Origin: an uncultured delta proteobacterium
GTDB taxonomy: Bacteria; Myxococcota_A; Polyangia; Palsa-1104
DNA length: 64,000 bases
Direction: 5' to 3'
NCBI GenBank assembly: GCA_963785725.1
Contig: CAWAWS010000007.1
Span: forward strand, 128,001 to 192,000
The translations under genes and the position numbers were made by a program. Shown piece by piece: positions 54,143 to 64,000 of this stretch (its first letter is position 1; each line of letters starts with the position of its first letter). The notes below the pieces were generated by a model. It did not search any database. It was not told where the DNA came from and saw only the letters and a list, made by a program, of their open reading frames with translations.

Positions 54143-56504
54143 GCGCGCCCACGAACGCGAGCAGCAGCAGCCACGCCATCCCCGACGACTGCGCGGGCTC
54201 GGTGCCGGCATAGCTGCAGCCGCCGCTCTTCTTCGGCGGCGCCTCGCCCATGTCGGGCGCGTCCTGACCGACGGGCGCGCTCATGTCCGGCGTGCCGGCG
54301 GTGCACTGGCAGCTGCCGGAGACGCAAGACGCGCTCGCCGGGCAGCTCGACATGGGCGTGCACGTGGTCCCGTCCGGCACGTCGCTGCCGACGCAGTTGC
54401 CGTTGCCGTCGCAGGCGGCGTTCTGCTGGCAGTCGTTGGCCAAGGTGCAGCTCTTGCCCTTCGCGGACAGCGTCTGCGTGCAGCTGCCGTCGGTCGCGCT
54501 GCAGCTGACCTCGTGGCAATCGTCCATCGGCGTGCACTTGGGCGTGCCGATGCAGGTGCCGTTCGTGCACGTGCCGTTGATGATGCACAGGTCGTTGGGG
54601 CAGGCGGTGCCGTTCTTCGTGTCGGTGGTGCTGCAGTTGCCGTGCTGATCGCAGATGCCGATCTTGCACTCGTCGCTGCTGCTGCAGTTCGTCGTCGGCA
54701 GCGGCGTGCCCGTGCCGTCGACGCACACGCCGTCGCTGCAGGTGCCGGAGCTGGCGTTGACGTAGCAAGCCGTGCCGCCGCAGGCGCTGCCGGTGAGCGG
54801 CGTGGAGACGCAGTCGCCGGTCTTGGCGTCGCAGCTCGGCGTGCTGTTGCAGTCGACGGCGGTGCAGCTCTTGGGCGGATACTGGCAAGCGCCGTTCGAG
54901 CAGCTGGCGCCTTGCGCGAGATGGCAGAGGTCGGCGGGCGTATCGCAGGTCGTGCCGCAGCCGCCGCAGTTGGCGACGCTCGTCTTGGTGTCGATGCAGA
55001 CGCCGTTGCAGTTGGTCTGGCCGGTCGGGCAGCAGAGGCCGCTGCTGCAGCTGTTGCCGCTCGGGCAGACGGTGCCACACGCGCCGCAATGGGTGGCGTC
55101 GGTCTGCTCGTTGACGCAGGAGCCGCCGCAGTTGGTCGTGCCGGTGGCGCAGCAGACGGCCGACTGGCAGGTGCTGCCCGTCGCGCAGGCATTGCAGCTG
55201 CCGCAATGGGTCGGATCGGTCTGCTCGTTGACGCACGTGCCGCCGCAGTTGGTCGTGCCGGCGCCGCAGCACTTGCCGTTCGAGCAGCTGGAGCCGGCGC
55301 CGCAGGCGATGCCGCAGCCGCCGCAGTTATTGCTGTCGGTCTGCTCGTTGACGCAGGCGCCGCCGCAGTTCAGCGTGCCCGAGGCGCAGCACTTGGCGCT
55401 CGAGCACGTCGAGCCGGTGGCGCACGTGGTGCCGCAGGCGCCGCAGTGGCTCGAGTCGTTGGCTTCGTTGACGCAAACGCCGCCGCAGTTGACGAGCCCG
55501 GCCGCGCAGCACAGACCCTGCTGGCAGGTGTCGCCGCTCGGGCAGGCGTTGCAGCCGCCGCAATGGTTGGAGTCGGTCTGCTCGTTGACGCAGGCGCCGC
55601 CGCAGTTGGTGAGGCCGCCGCCGCAGCAGACGCCGCCTTGGCAGCTGTCGCCGGCGGGACAAGCGGAGCAGCTGCCGCAGTGGTTGATGTCGGTCTGCTC
55701 GTTGACGCAGGCGCCGCCGCAGTTGGTGAGGCCGCCGCCGCAGCAGACGCCGCCCTGGCAGCTGTCGCCGGCGGGACAGGCGGAGCAGCTGCCGCAGTGG
55801 TTGGCGTCGGTCTGCTCGTTGACGCAGACACCGCCGCAATTGACGAGGCCGGCGGCGCAACAGACGCCCTGCAAGCAGCTATCGCCGGCCGGGCAAGCGG
55901 AGCAGCCGCCACAGTGATTGACGTCGGTCTGCTCGTTGACGCAAGCGCCGCCGCAGTTGGCCATGCCCGGCGCGCAGCAGATCCCGCTCGTGCACACGCT
56001 ATTGGCGCCGCTGCACTGAACGCCGCAGGCGCCGCAGTCATTGGCATCGGTGGTCTTGTCGTGACAGACGGAGTTGCAGCAGATGCCGTTGGCGCCGCAC
56101 GAATTGCCGCAGGCGCCGCAATTGTTCGGGTCCGACGTGGTGTCGACCTCGCAGTCGTTGCTGGCGAGCAGGTCGCAGTTCGCTGTTCCGACTGCGCAAT
56201 CGGTCAGCTCGCACTGGTAGCAAGTGCCGCCGTCGGCGGTACAGAGATAGTAGTCCGTCGAATCGCCCGTGCTCGGGCAGTCGGAGTCCACGGTGCAGGT
56301 CGACTTGCAGCCGAGGACGCCGCCGCCGGTGGGCTTCACTGTCGTCGCGATAGTGGCGGAATGCGGTACCTCGGCGCCTAAGACGGTGGCCGTGCCGAGC
56401 GGCGAATCCAATGCCTTTTGCGGCAGCGGACTGTCACATCCCGATGCCCAAGCGGCAAACAAAACGACTAATGCGGACGAACGAACACGAAATGAAAATA
56501 GCAC
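54105..56504 (-). CDS. Cys-rich repeat surface protein (Stig1-like repeats) with MYXO-CTERM-like tail
   Basis: Lipobox-like ASG-C; repeats CGGxCVNEQTDxNHCGxC; C-terminus KKSGGCS...WLLLLAFVG...RRAR. Confidence 0.88.
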   Translation of the reverse strand: MLFSFRVRSSALVVLFAAWASGCDSPLPQKALDSPLGTATVLGAEVPHSATIATTVKPTGGGVLGCKSTCTVDSDCPSTGDSTDYYLCTADGGTCYQCELTDCAVGTANCDLLASNDCEVDTTSDPNNCGACGNSCGANGICCNSVCHDKTTDANDCGACGVQCSGANSVCTSGICCAPGMANCGGACVNEQTDVNHCGGCSACPAGDSCLQGVCCAAGLVNCGGVCVNEQTDANHCGSCSACPAGDSCQGGVCCGGGLTNCGGACVNEQTDINHCGSCSACPAGDSCQGGVCCGGGLTNCGGACVNEQTDSNHCGGCNACPSGDTCQQGLCCAAGLVNCGGVCVNEANDSSHCGACGTTCATGSTCSSAKCCASGTLNCGGACVNEQTDSNNCGGCGIACGAGSSCSNGKCCGAGTTNCGGTCVNEQTDPTHCGSCNACATGSTCQSAVCCATGTTNCGGSCVNEQTDATHCGACGTVCPSGNSCSSGLCCPTGQTNCNGVCIDTKTSVANCGGCGTTCDTPADLCHLAQGASCSNGACQYPPKSCTAVDCNSTPSCDAKTGDCVSTPLTGSACGGTACYVNASSGTCSDGVCVDGTGTPLPTTNCSSSDECKIGICDQHGNCSTTDTKNGTACPNDLCIINGTCTNGTCIGTPKCTPMDDCHEVSCSATDGSCTQTLSAKGKSCTLANDCQQNAACDGNGNCVGSDVPDGTTCTPMSSCPASASCVSGSCQCTAGTPDMSAPVGQDAPDMGEAPPKKSGGCSYAGTEPAQSSGMAWLLLLAFVGALSVRRARASRRG
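54960..56150. repeat. Intragenic tandem array of 117/120-bp units: 8 clear copies plus about 3 degenerate
   Basis: ttgacgca anchor at 55111, 55228, 55348, 55468, 55585, 55702, 55819 and 55936. Confidence 0.9.
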
Positions 56505-56619
56505 GAACGGACGCTACTGAAGTCGTACTGCAATATCGGTGAGCGTGATCACCGTTGCTCGAGATAATCGAGATATGCGTCAATTCGCCGCATAACGACG
56601 CCTCGCGGAGATAGACCGC

Positions 56620-56647
56620 TTGACCGCGGACGCGCCGCCGATATGAT
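56620..56647 (+). promoter_or_regulatory. Putative sigma70 promoter of a near-leaderless gene
   Basis: TTGACC-N16-TATGAT, 8 nt before TTG 56656. Confidence 0.6.
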
Positions 56648-56655
56648 GCACGCCG

Positions 56656-57480
56656 TTGCGTACCCTAGTCGCGTTATTCGTGTCGTTTTTCGTCGTTTCC
56701 ACTGCTTTCGCGCAGACGCCGCCCAGCGACGCGCAGCGCGCCGAAGCGCGCGCTCGCTATGAAAACGGCACGCGCAAATTCGACGTCGGTAAGTACGACG
56801 AAGCAGCGCACGAGTTCGAGACCGCTTACGAGATCGTCGGCGCGCCGGAGATATTGTTCAATATCGCCCAGTCGCTGCGACTAGCGGGTAAATACGAGCG
56901 CGCTCTATTGTTCTATCGCAATTATTTGAGGCGCAAAGAGAACCCCGATAATCGCGCCGAAGTCGATCGCCGCATCATCGAAGTGCAAGACAAGCTCGCC
57001 GAGCAGCAGCGGCAGAACGAGCAGGCGCAGGCGGCGCAAGCAGCGACGGCGCAGCCGACCGCGCCGGTCGCGGCGACGGTGGCGCCGACGGTCGAGGTGA
57101 CGCCGCCGCCGGTCGCGACGCCGCGTCCGCTGCCGCGTTGGCTCAAGCCGTTGTCGGCCACTTTGTTGGCAGTCGGCGTGGCCGGCATTGGCGCCGGCGT
57201 TGGCCTATCACTGTTAGCGAAGTCGGAATCGGATGATGTGCAAAAGGCGGCGGCCGCTCATCAAACATTCGATAATTCACTATTGAACAAGCAAAAGGCG
57301 GGACAGACCTACGACGCCGCGGCCATTGCCGCTTACGCGGTCGGCGGTGTGCTCGCCGTCGGTGGCGCCGTCGGTCTGACGCTGGCGCTGCGCCATCATG
57401 GCGGCGAGCGGGCGGTCGCGGCATTGACGCCGACCTTTGGCCCGACCAGCGCCGGCCTTCAGCTCGCGGGAAGCTTCTAA
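56656..57480 (+). CDS. Secreted TPR protein with Gly-rich hydrophobic segments and terminal Phe
   Basis: Signal peptide AFA-Q; EFETAY...ILFNIAQ...YRNYL; ends PTFGPTSAGLQLAGSF. Confidence 0.85.
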   Translation: MRTLVALFVSFFVVSTAFAQTPPSDAQRAEARARYENGTRKFDVGKYDEAAHEFETAYEIVGAPEILFNIAQSLRLAGKYERALLFYRNYLRRKENPDNRAEVDRRIIEVQDKLAEQQRQNEQAQAAQAATAQPTAPVAATVAPTVEVTPPPVATPRPLPRWLKPLSATLLAVGVAGIGAGVGLSLLAKSESDDVQKAAAAHQTFDNSLLNKQKAGQTYDAAAIAAYAVGGVLAVGGAVGLTLALRHHGGERAVAALTPTFGPTSAGLQLAGSF

Positions 57481-58574
57481 TGCGGTTGGCGACTGTTTCA
57501 TTATTGCTGTTGAGTGGCTGCTATTCGCCGAAGATTGGCACCGGCGACTTCAAGTGCGCGCCGCCGGCCAATCTATGCCCGTCGGGCTTCGTCTGTCTCG
57601 AAGGCGCCTGCTATAGCGCCGCTTCGCCGCCGACGTTCGATTTGTCGATGGGTCCGTTCGCCGGCGACGGCAGCGGCGGCGCGCTCGATCTGACGAGCAT
57701 GAGCGGCGCGTTGACCTTCAACACCGACACCGGCGAAGTGCGATTCACGCCCGACAGCGGCGGCACCGGCACCTCGATGGTGCCCGCCGGCGGCGGCGGC
57801 TATAAGAAGATCAACCAGCCGTCGGGTGGTCCGGCTGTCGGCATGTGGCAATTCACGAGCGTGACGATTCCGGCGACCGTGACCGTGCGTCCGTTCGGCA
57901 CCAGCCAGAGCATCTTCGCGCTCGCCGTCAAAGACACGATGACGCTCGCCGGCAGCATCGATTGGCGCGGCTTTGGCGGTCCCGCCGGTCTCGCCAACGC
58001 GGCCGGCAGCGGGCGCGCGTCGGGCGTGATGTCCGGTGGCGGCGGCGCGACCGATACGACCGGCTCGGGCGGCGGTGGCGCGGGCCACGCCGCGATGGGC
58101 GGCGCCGGAATGGGCGCGGCCCCGGGCAGCGGCGGAATGAGCTACGGCGCGCCCGATCTCGTGCCGGTGCACGTCGGTTCCGGCGGCGGCGGCGGCGGCA
58201 GCGGCGGCGGTCTCGGCGGCGGCGCGGTCGTTCTGCTCGCCACCAAGCTCATCATCACCGGCAGCATCGACGTCTCCGGCAACGCCGGCAAGAACGCCGA
58301 CTCGACGGCGACGACGCCGGCGGGCGGCGGCGGCGGCGGCTCGGCGGGCAGCATCTTGATCAGCGGCGGCGACGTGCTCTTCGACACCGGCCATTCGCTG
58401 ATCGCGACCGGAGGCGCGGCCGGCACGGGCGCGGCCGGTGGCAGCAACGGCGGCGCCGGCTCCGACGGGCGCATCTGGGTCGGCGCGCAGACGCTCAACA
58501 TCACCGGCGGCACGTTGATGGCCATGCCGACCGAAGTGCGCGCGTCGACGCCGGTCTCGACCTTTCCCCGCTGA
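57480..58574 (+). CDS. Gly-rich lipoprotein
   Basis: LLSG-C lipobox; short 4-Cys module; GGGAVVL, GGSAGSILI and GGAGSDGRIWV motifs; TAATG overlap with the TPR gene. Confidence 0.85.
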   Translation: MRLATVSLLLLSGCYSPKIGTGDFKCAPPANLCPSGFVCLEGACYSAASPPTFDLSMGPFAGDGSGGALDLTSMSGALTFNTDTGEVRFTPDSGGTGTSMVPAGGGGYKKINQPSGGPAVGMWQFTSVTIPATVTVRPFGTSQSIFALAVKDTMTLAGSIDWRGFGGPAGLANAAGSGRASGVMSGGGGATDTTGSGGGGAGHAAMGGAGMGAAPGSGGMSYGAPDLVPVHVGSGGGGGGSGGGLGGGAVVLLATKLIITGSIDVSGNAGKNADSTATTPAGGGGGGSAGSILISGGDVLFDTGHSLIATGGAAGTGAAGGSNGGAGSDGRIWVGAQTLNITGGTLMAMPTEVRASTPVSTFPR

Positions 58575-58660
58575 ATCGCCGGCTACTGAACGCGTTCGCA
58601 GCACTCGCTTCCGCGAAGTCCGCTGTTCGTCTCACCTGAAATAAATTATCGGCAAAAAAT

Positions 58661-58688
58661 TTGACCCTCATCCTCCTCGCCGGAGAAT
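58661..58688 (+). promoter_or_regulatory. Putative dedicated ftsZ promoter
   Basis: AT-rich tract, then TTGACC-N16-GAGAAT; GGAGG RBS downstream. Confidence 0.5.
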
Positions 58689-58709
58689 GGCCAGCGAGGA
58701 GGGACTCAT

Positions 58710-60040
<1,331 letters not shown>

Positions 60041-60057
60041 TCCAGTAAAGTAACGCC

Positions 60058-60627
60058 GTGCTCTTCCTCGAAGGGCTGGCGCGCCCACTCCTCGTCTGTC
60101 ACGCGATCAGCGCCGCGGTGCTCGTCGGCGCGGCCACGCATCATCTGCTGTGGTGCCGCCACTATTTGTCGGGCAGCTACGGTCGCATCAAGGCCGAGCG
60201 CCGCTTCGCCGCCATCAGCACGGCCGCGTTCGTGTGCACGTTCATCCTCGGCAACCTGCTCTACCCGACGTACAAAGTGCGCGTGCGCGCGCAATACTTC
60301 GACGACCCGAGCGCCATCGCCGCCGAGGTCAAGCTGCGCGACGCCGGCGCGCGCGACATCGGCATCGCGACGCCGCCTTTGCCGGCGACGGTGCGCTCGC
60401 TGTCGCCGGTGGCGCACGTGTTCGACATCAAGGAGCACTGGGTGGCGCTCGGCTGCATGGCGTCGATCGTGCTCTTCATCCTGTCGCGGCGCGCGCATCC
60501 GCGAGATCAACGCGGCGTCTTGCCGCTCTACCTCGGCTTGGCGGCGTTCCAATGTGGCAGCGCGTGGCTGGGCGCCGTCGTCGGGCTCGTGACCGCGTCC
60601 TTTCGCGCCGTCGGTGGGCCGTCATGA
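60058..60627 (+). CDS. Four-TM membrane protein with intramembrane histidines
   Basis: LLVCHAIS...ATHHLL, YPTYKVRVR, FDIKEHW. Confidence 0.75.
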   Translation: MLFLEGLARPLLVCHAISAAVLVGAATHHLLWCRHYLSGSYGRIKAERRFAAISTAAFVCTFILGNLLYPTYKVRVRAQYFDDPSAIAAEVKLRDAGARDIGIATPPLPATVRSLSPVAHVFDIKEHWVALGCMASIVLFILSRRAHPRDQRGVLPLYLGLAAFQCGSAWLGAVVGLVTASFRAVGGPS

Positions 60628-60962
60628 CGGAGACGAAGCCCGAGCGCGTCTTTCTCGCCAGCTGCGCCGCGCTCATCGGCTACGCGCTGTTTTACGCGCT
60701 GCCGATTTACGCGCGTCTGCCTCGCATCTTCTACGATCCGATCGCGCGCCACTTCTTCATCGCCGCCGGCTCGACGCCGATTCCGATGGGCTATTGGGGG
60801 CAGATTTTGTGGGCGATGGGCGGCGCGCTCGCGTGCGCCGGCGTCACGCTCGTGCTCGCGCGCCGGCCGCCGAGCGCGCGCGCCTTCACGCTCGGCGCGG
60901 CCTGGACGCTGACGACGATCGCCATCGTGCTCGGCTATTTTACGTGGAACAACTGGCCGTAG
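60624..60962 (+). CDS. Small membrane protein
   Basis: ATGA overlap; three hydrophobic segments. Confidence 0.72.
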   Translation: MTETKPERVFLASCAALIGYALFYALPIYARLPRIFYDPIARHFFIAAGSTPIPMGYWGQILWAMGGALACAGVTLVLARRPPSARAFTLGAAWTLTTIAIVLGYFTWNNWP

Positions 60963-60978
60963 CCGCTTCAGGAAACGC

Positions 60979-61006
60979 TTGCCTTCGATCGATCGACTCG
61001 TAGAAT
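60979..61006 (+). promoter_or_regulatory. Putative sigma70 promoter of the histone gene
   Basis: TTGCCT-N16-TAGAAT; GGAG RBS downstream. Confidence 0.6.
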
Positions 61007-61034
61007 GCGGCCAAACCGGCGCCGGAGCGTTCAC

Positions 61035-61256
61035 ATGGCCAAGAGCAGCAAGCCCGTCAAGAAAGCGGCGAAGACCACGTCCAAAGAGATCCTCGTCGTC
61101 GGATCGAAGATGAAGGATGTCGTCAAAGCGGCGGGCTGCATGTCGTCGGCCGATCTGATCGAGGCGTTGTCGGCCAAGGTGCACGAGATCCTCGCCAACG
61201 CCGCCGAGCGCGCCAAAGGCAACGGCCGCTCGACCGTTCGCCCGTACGATCTGTAG
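61035..61256 (+). CDS. Bacterial histone-fold protein (73 aa) with Lys-rich N-terminal tail
   Basis: ILVVGSKMK...MSSADLIEALS...RAKGNGRSTVRPYDL; the R-x-T-V-x3-D-L loop is the histone-fold signature, as in Bd0055 and Leptospira histones. Confidence 0.9.
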   Translation: MAKSSKPVKKAAKTTSKEILVVGSKMKDVVKAAGCMSSADLIEALSAKVHEILANAAERAKGNGRSTVRPYDL

Positions 61257-61259
61257 CTT

Positions 61260-62405
61260 CTAGCGATCCAAGAACGCGAAGTATTGCTCGGGCAGATCGT
61301 CGAACGTCGTCGGCGAATGGCAGGCCGTGCACGTCTGCGGCGGCGGCTTCTTGGCCGCGCCGAGCTCCGCCGTCGTCAGCAGCTTCTCCTCGTCGAGCCC
61401 ACAATGCGCACAGGAATAGGGCGCGAAGAACGACTCCACCGTTTGATGCTCGAGCAAATTGGTGATCAAGTTCGCCTGATGAATGAACGGGATCGGGCAC
61501 TCGAGCAGGAAGATCCGCTGCGTCTCCGGCAGCGCGCGCACGAAGTCGATCCACTTTTGCACGCTGTCGGACGAGATGCGGCGAAACGAGCGCAGCCGTA
61601 AGTACAGCGGCGTCGGCAGCTGCGTCAGCGGCGTCAGATCGGAGTCGGCGCGCAGCACGCCGTAGAGCTCGATGACCGTGCGCCCGGTTTCGGGCAGCGT
61701 GCGCCACGAAAACGGCCGGCCTTGCAGGAGCACGCGCAAATATTCGCGCAGCGCCGCGGCGTCGGCGGGCGTCGGCGACTCGAACGCCAGCGCCAGGCCG
61801 AACGACGGCGCGAACGACGTCGCGTCCACGCGCACGACGCGGCCGTGCAGCGTCAGCTCGCCGGTGCGGCCGGGCAGCGAGAAGCGAACGTCGAGCAGCG
61901 TGCCCGGCGCGGCCGAGCGGCGCGCCTTGAGCAGCATGCCGTGCTCGGAGAGGTCGACCGACGTGCCGATGTAGCTCTCGGCGTCGCTGTTCTCGGAGAA
62001 GACGTGGACGCGCACGGCGAAGCGCTCGTCCTCGCGCAAGGGCACGCCGAGCAGCTGGCCGACGAGCAGGCCGAGCACGCCGGGCGCGGCCGGCAATTCG
62101 ACGATGTCGGCGAAGCCGGCGGCGCGGGCCTGGCCGCGATCTTCGGCGGGCGCGCCGGCGGACGTGACGAGCACGACCGGGATGCCGAGGAAGCGCTTGT
62201 CGGCGCGGATGGCGGCGAGCGCGGACTCGGCGTCGCCGTCGGGCAGGACGCGGTCGACGAAGCAGAGGTCGGCGCCGTCGCGCAGCTTGGTGAGCAAGTC
62301 GTCGGTGTCGCGCGCGGTGACGAGGCGGAGGTCGCGGCGGCGCAGGAGGTCGCGATCGAAGTCGTGGGCCAGGTCAGGGTTGTGCGACGCGACGATGGTC
62401 TTCAC
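61260..62405 (-). CDS. Receiver-like + PilZ + STAS-like/zinc-ribbon signalling protein
   Basis: FVDRVLPD receiver strand; REDER and DLSEHG PilZ motifs; CAHC and CTAC. Confidence 0.82.
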   Translation of the reverse strand: MKTIVASHNPDLAHDFDRDLLRRRDLRLVTARDTDDLLTKLRDGADLCFVDRVLPDGDAESALAAIRADKRFLGIPVVLVTSAGAPAEDRGQARAAGFADIVELPAAPGVLGLLVGQLLGVPLREDERFAVRVHVFSENSDAESYIGTSVDLSEHGMLLKARRSAAPGTLLDVRFSLPGRTGELTLHGRVVRVDATSFAPSFGLALAFESPTPADAAALREYLRVLLQGRPFSWRTLPETGRTVIELYGVLRADSDLTPLTQLPTPLYLRLRSFRRISSDSVQKWIDFVRALPETQRIFLLECPIPFIHQANLITNLLEHQTVESFFAPYSCAHCGLDEEKLLTTAELGAAKKPPPQTCTACHSPTTFDDLPEQYFAFLDR

Positions 62406-62576
62406 GGGGAAATGTTAACACATGGTTTGCCCTGCTCGGGCGGAGGCTAATGGCGACGGCTGGGGCGCGCGCGATCGTCCGGGCTTGTCGTCACCCGGAC
62501 GAGGCGACGACGGCGTCATCGTCATGAGCGGCGGTCTTTGGGGCAGCGGCTGAGCTGCTGCGCGCCCCTCGGCCGG

Positions 62577-63350
62577 TTAGAGCGAGGCGAGGAGCGCAGC
62601 GCGCATGACTTCGATCGGCGCGGGTTGGTTCGTCCACAGCTCGAGGGCGCGGGCGCCTTGGTGGAGCAGCATCGCCGTGCCGGTCGAGGCGCGGAGGCCG
62701 CGCGCTTGCGCGGCGCGGGTGAGCGGCGTTTCGCGGGCGACGACGAGGTCGAGGACCGTCGCGTGCGGTGGAAGATGCGTGAGGTCGGGTAGTGGCGCGG
62801 AGGGATCGAGGCCGCGAGGCGTGGCGTCGATGAGGAGATCGGCGTGGGCGCTCAGTGTCGCTAGTGATTCGTAGGACGCGGTGGGGATGGTGATGTTGCC
62901 GAGCGTAAAAGGACGCGGCGTGCGCGAGAGGATCGTCAGGCGCATCTGGGCATGGAGCGCGAGGGCGACGGCGCGGGCGGCGCCGCCGGAGCCGAGGAGC
63001 AGCGCGGTGCCGCCGGGCACGATGGCGCGCTCTTCGGTGGCCCAGGTTTGGAAACCGTGGACGTCGGTGTTGAAGCCGCGCGGCCTTTTGCCGTCGAAGA
63101 GGAGGGTGTTGACGGCGCCGACTTGGCGCGCGAGCGCGTCGGGATCGCAGAGGTGGTAGGCGGCCTCTTTGTGCGGGATCGTGACGTTGAGGCCGCGGAA
63201 GGTGGCGGTCGCGAGAAAGTGGGCGAGATCGGGCGGCGCGACGGCGTGGGCTTCGTAGGTCCAGGGCAGTCCGAGCGCGCTGAGCGCGGCGGATTGCATC
63301 GCCGGCGAGCGCGAGTGGGCGATGGGCCAGCCGATCACGCCCAGCCGCAT
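62577..63350 (-). CDS. aroE: Shikimate dehydrogenase
   Basis: GWPIAHSRSP, NVTIPHK, GAVNT, NTD, GSGGAA, MLLHQG. Confidence 0.93.
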   Translation of the reverse strand: MRLGVIGWPIAHSRSPAMQSAALSALGLPWTYEAHAVAPPDLAHFLATATFRGLNVTIPHKEAAYHLCDPDALARQVGAVNTLLFDGKRPRGFNTDVHGFQTWATEERAIVPGGTALLLGSGGAARAVALALHAQMRLTILSRTPRPFTLGNITIPTASYESLATLSAHADLLIDATPRGLDPSAPLPDLTHLPPHATVLDLVVARETPLTRAAQARGLRASTGTAMLLHQGARALELWTNQPAPIEVMRAALLASL

Positions 63351-63394
63351 CTAAACAGTCTCGTCTAGCTCGCGATCCATCGCGTCATCCAGCG

Positions 63395-64000
63395 TTAGCG
63401 GACGACTGCGCGGTCGCCGCCTTTGAGCTGCGCGGCTTTGACGGCGGCGTGGGCGTCGCGGATCAGACGAGAAAACGAGGGCGGCTTGCCCGGGCGCGGC
63501 GTCGCGATGCCGACGGAAGCCGTCAACATGAGCTCGACGCCGTTGGCGCGCAGGCGACAGTTGCGGATCTCGTTGACGACGCGCCGGCCGACCGCCTCGG
63601 CGCCGCGCAGATCGGTGTGCGGCAGGAACACGAGGAAGCGGCCGTCGCCGTAGCGCACCGCCAGATCGACGTCACGCACGGCGCCGCGGATGAACGGCTC
63701 GCACGCCTGCGCCATCTCCGCCGTCACTTCGCGCGCCTTCGGCAGCGGATCGAGCGACACGACGCAGATCGCGATCGGGTAGCCGTGCCGCCGCGCCCGC
63801 CGAATCTCCAGCGGCAGCAGCGTCTTGAACAGATCGATGTGCAGCATCCCCGACGTCGAGTCGTAGCGCTTGACGCCGCTGACGTCGGCCAGCGCCTGCT
63901 CGGCGCGCAGCGCCCGATCGCGCAACAGCCGCGCGTTGGCGACGGCGTAAAGCGCGACGCTGAGCGTCTCCTTCTTGTACGGCCGGACAATGAACGCGTC
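63395..64000 (-). CDS. Degenerate GGDEF-domain protein with upstream receiver-like segment; 5' end outside the window
   Basis: DSTSGM, RDVD...RYGDGRF, TASVGIA, AAQLKGGDR; frame open to the window edge (DAFIVRPY). Confidence 0.82.
   Translation of the reverse strand, partial: DAFIVRPYKKETLSVALYAVANARLLRDRALRAEQALADVSGVKRYDSTSGMLHIDLFKTLLPLEIRRARRHGYPIAICVVSLDPLPKAREVTAEMAQACEPFIRGAVRDVDLAVRYGDGRFLVFLPHTDLRGAEAVGRRVVNEIRNCRLRANGVELMLTASVGIATPRPGKPPSFSRLIRDAHAAVKAAQLKGGDRAVVR

Noticed and set aside
54960..56150. CRISPR-like or non-coding repeat array
   Set aside because: Units are multiples of 3 within one open Cys-rich ORF; there are no unique spacers and no cas genes.
46598..58574. Prophage, ICE or transposon as the origin of the ftsA-ftsZ insert
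   Set aside because: No integrase, transposase, phage gene, tRNA or flanking direct repeat seen; the gene families are typical of the host lineage.

Overview
High-GC window, most consistent with a Myxococcota (Polyangia-like) bacterium: it has MYXO-CTERM-type sorting tails, Ser/Thr kinases, TPR/PEGA proteins and many Cys-rich lipoproteins. The left half holds a Ser/Thr kinase, a diiron oxidase (HDO) plus cupin pair, secreted and lipoproteins, a cysteine synthase-family gene, hisD-hisC, metK, ahcY, an MscS-cNMP/YHS/kinase/TPR operon, a secreted phospholipase D, argH-lysA-HIT and a degenerate Fic gene. The middle is a dcw cluster with no mraZ in front (rsmH-ftsL-ftsI-murE-murF-mraY-murD-ftsW-murG-murC-murB-ddl-ftsQ-ftsA). 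About 12 kb of surface-protein genes separate ftsA from ftsZ. After ftsZ come two membrane proteins, a bacterial histone with a Lys-rich N-terminal tail, a PilZ protein, aroE and a degenerate GGDEF protein. Main observations: the tailed histone; the mirror-symmetric island between ftsA and ftsZ; a frequent leaderless promoter layout (TANNNT-N6-8-start); sigma54-like promoters on four Cys-containing exported proteins; and the HDO-cupin pair. Fifteen +1 frameshifts and one in-frame TAG in conserved genes mostly look like two strain alleles merged in the assembly, not pseudogenes. I saw no rRNA, tRNA, CRISPR array or transposase. All annotations come from reading motifs by eye; no searches were run.
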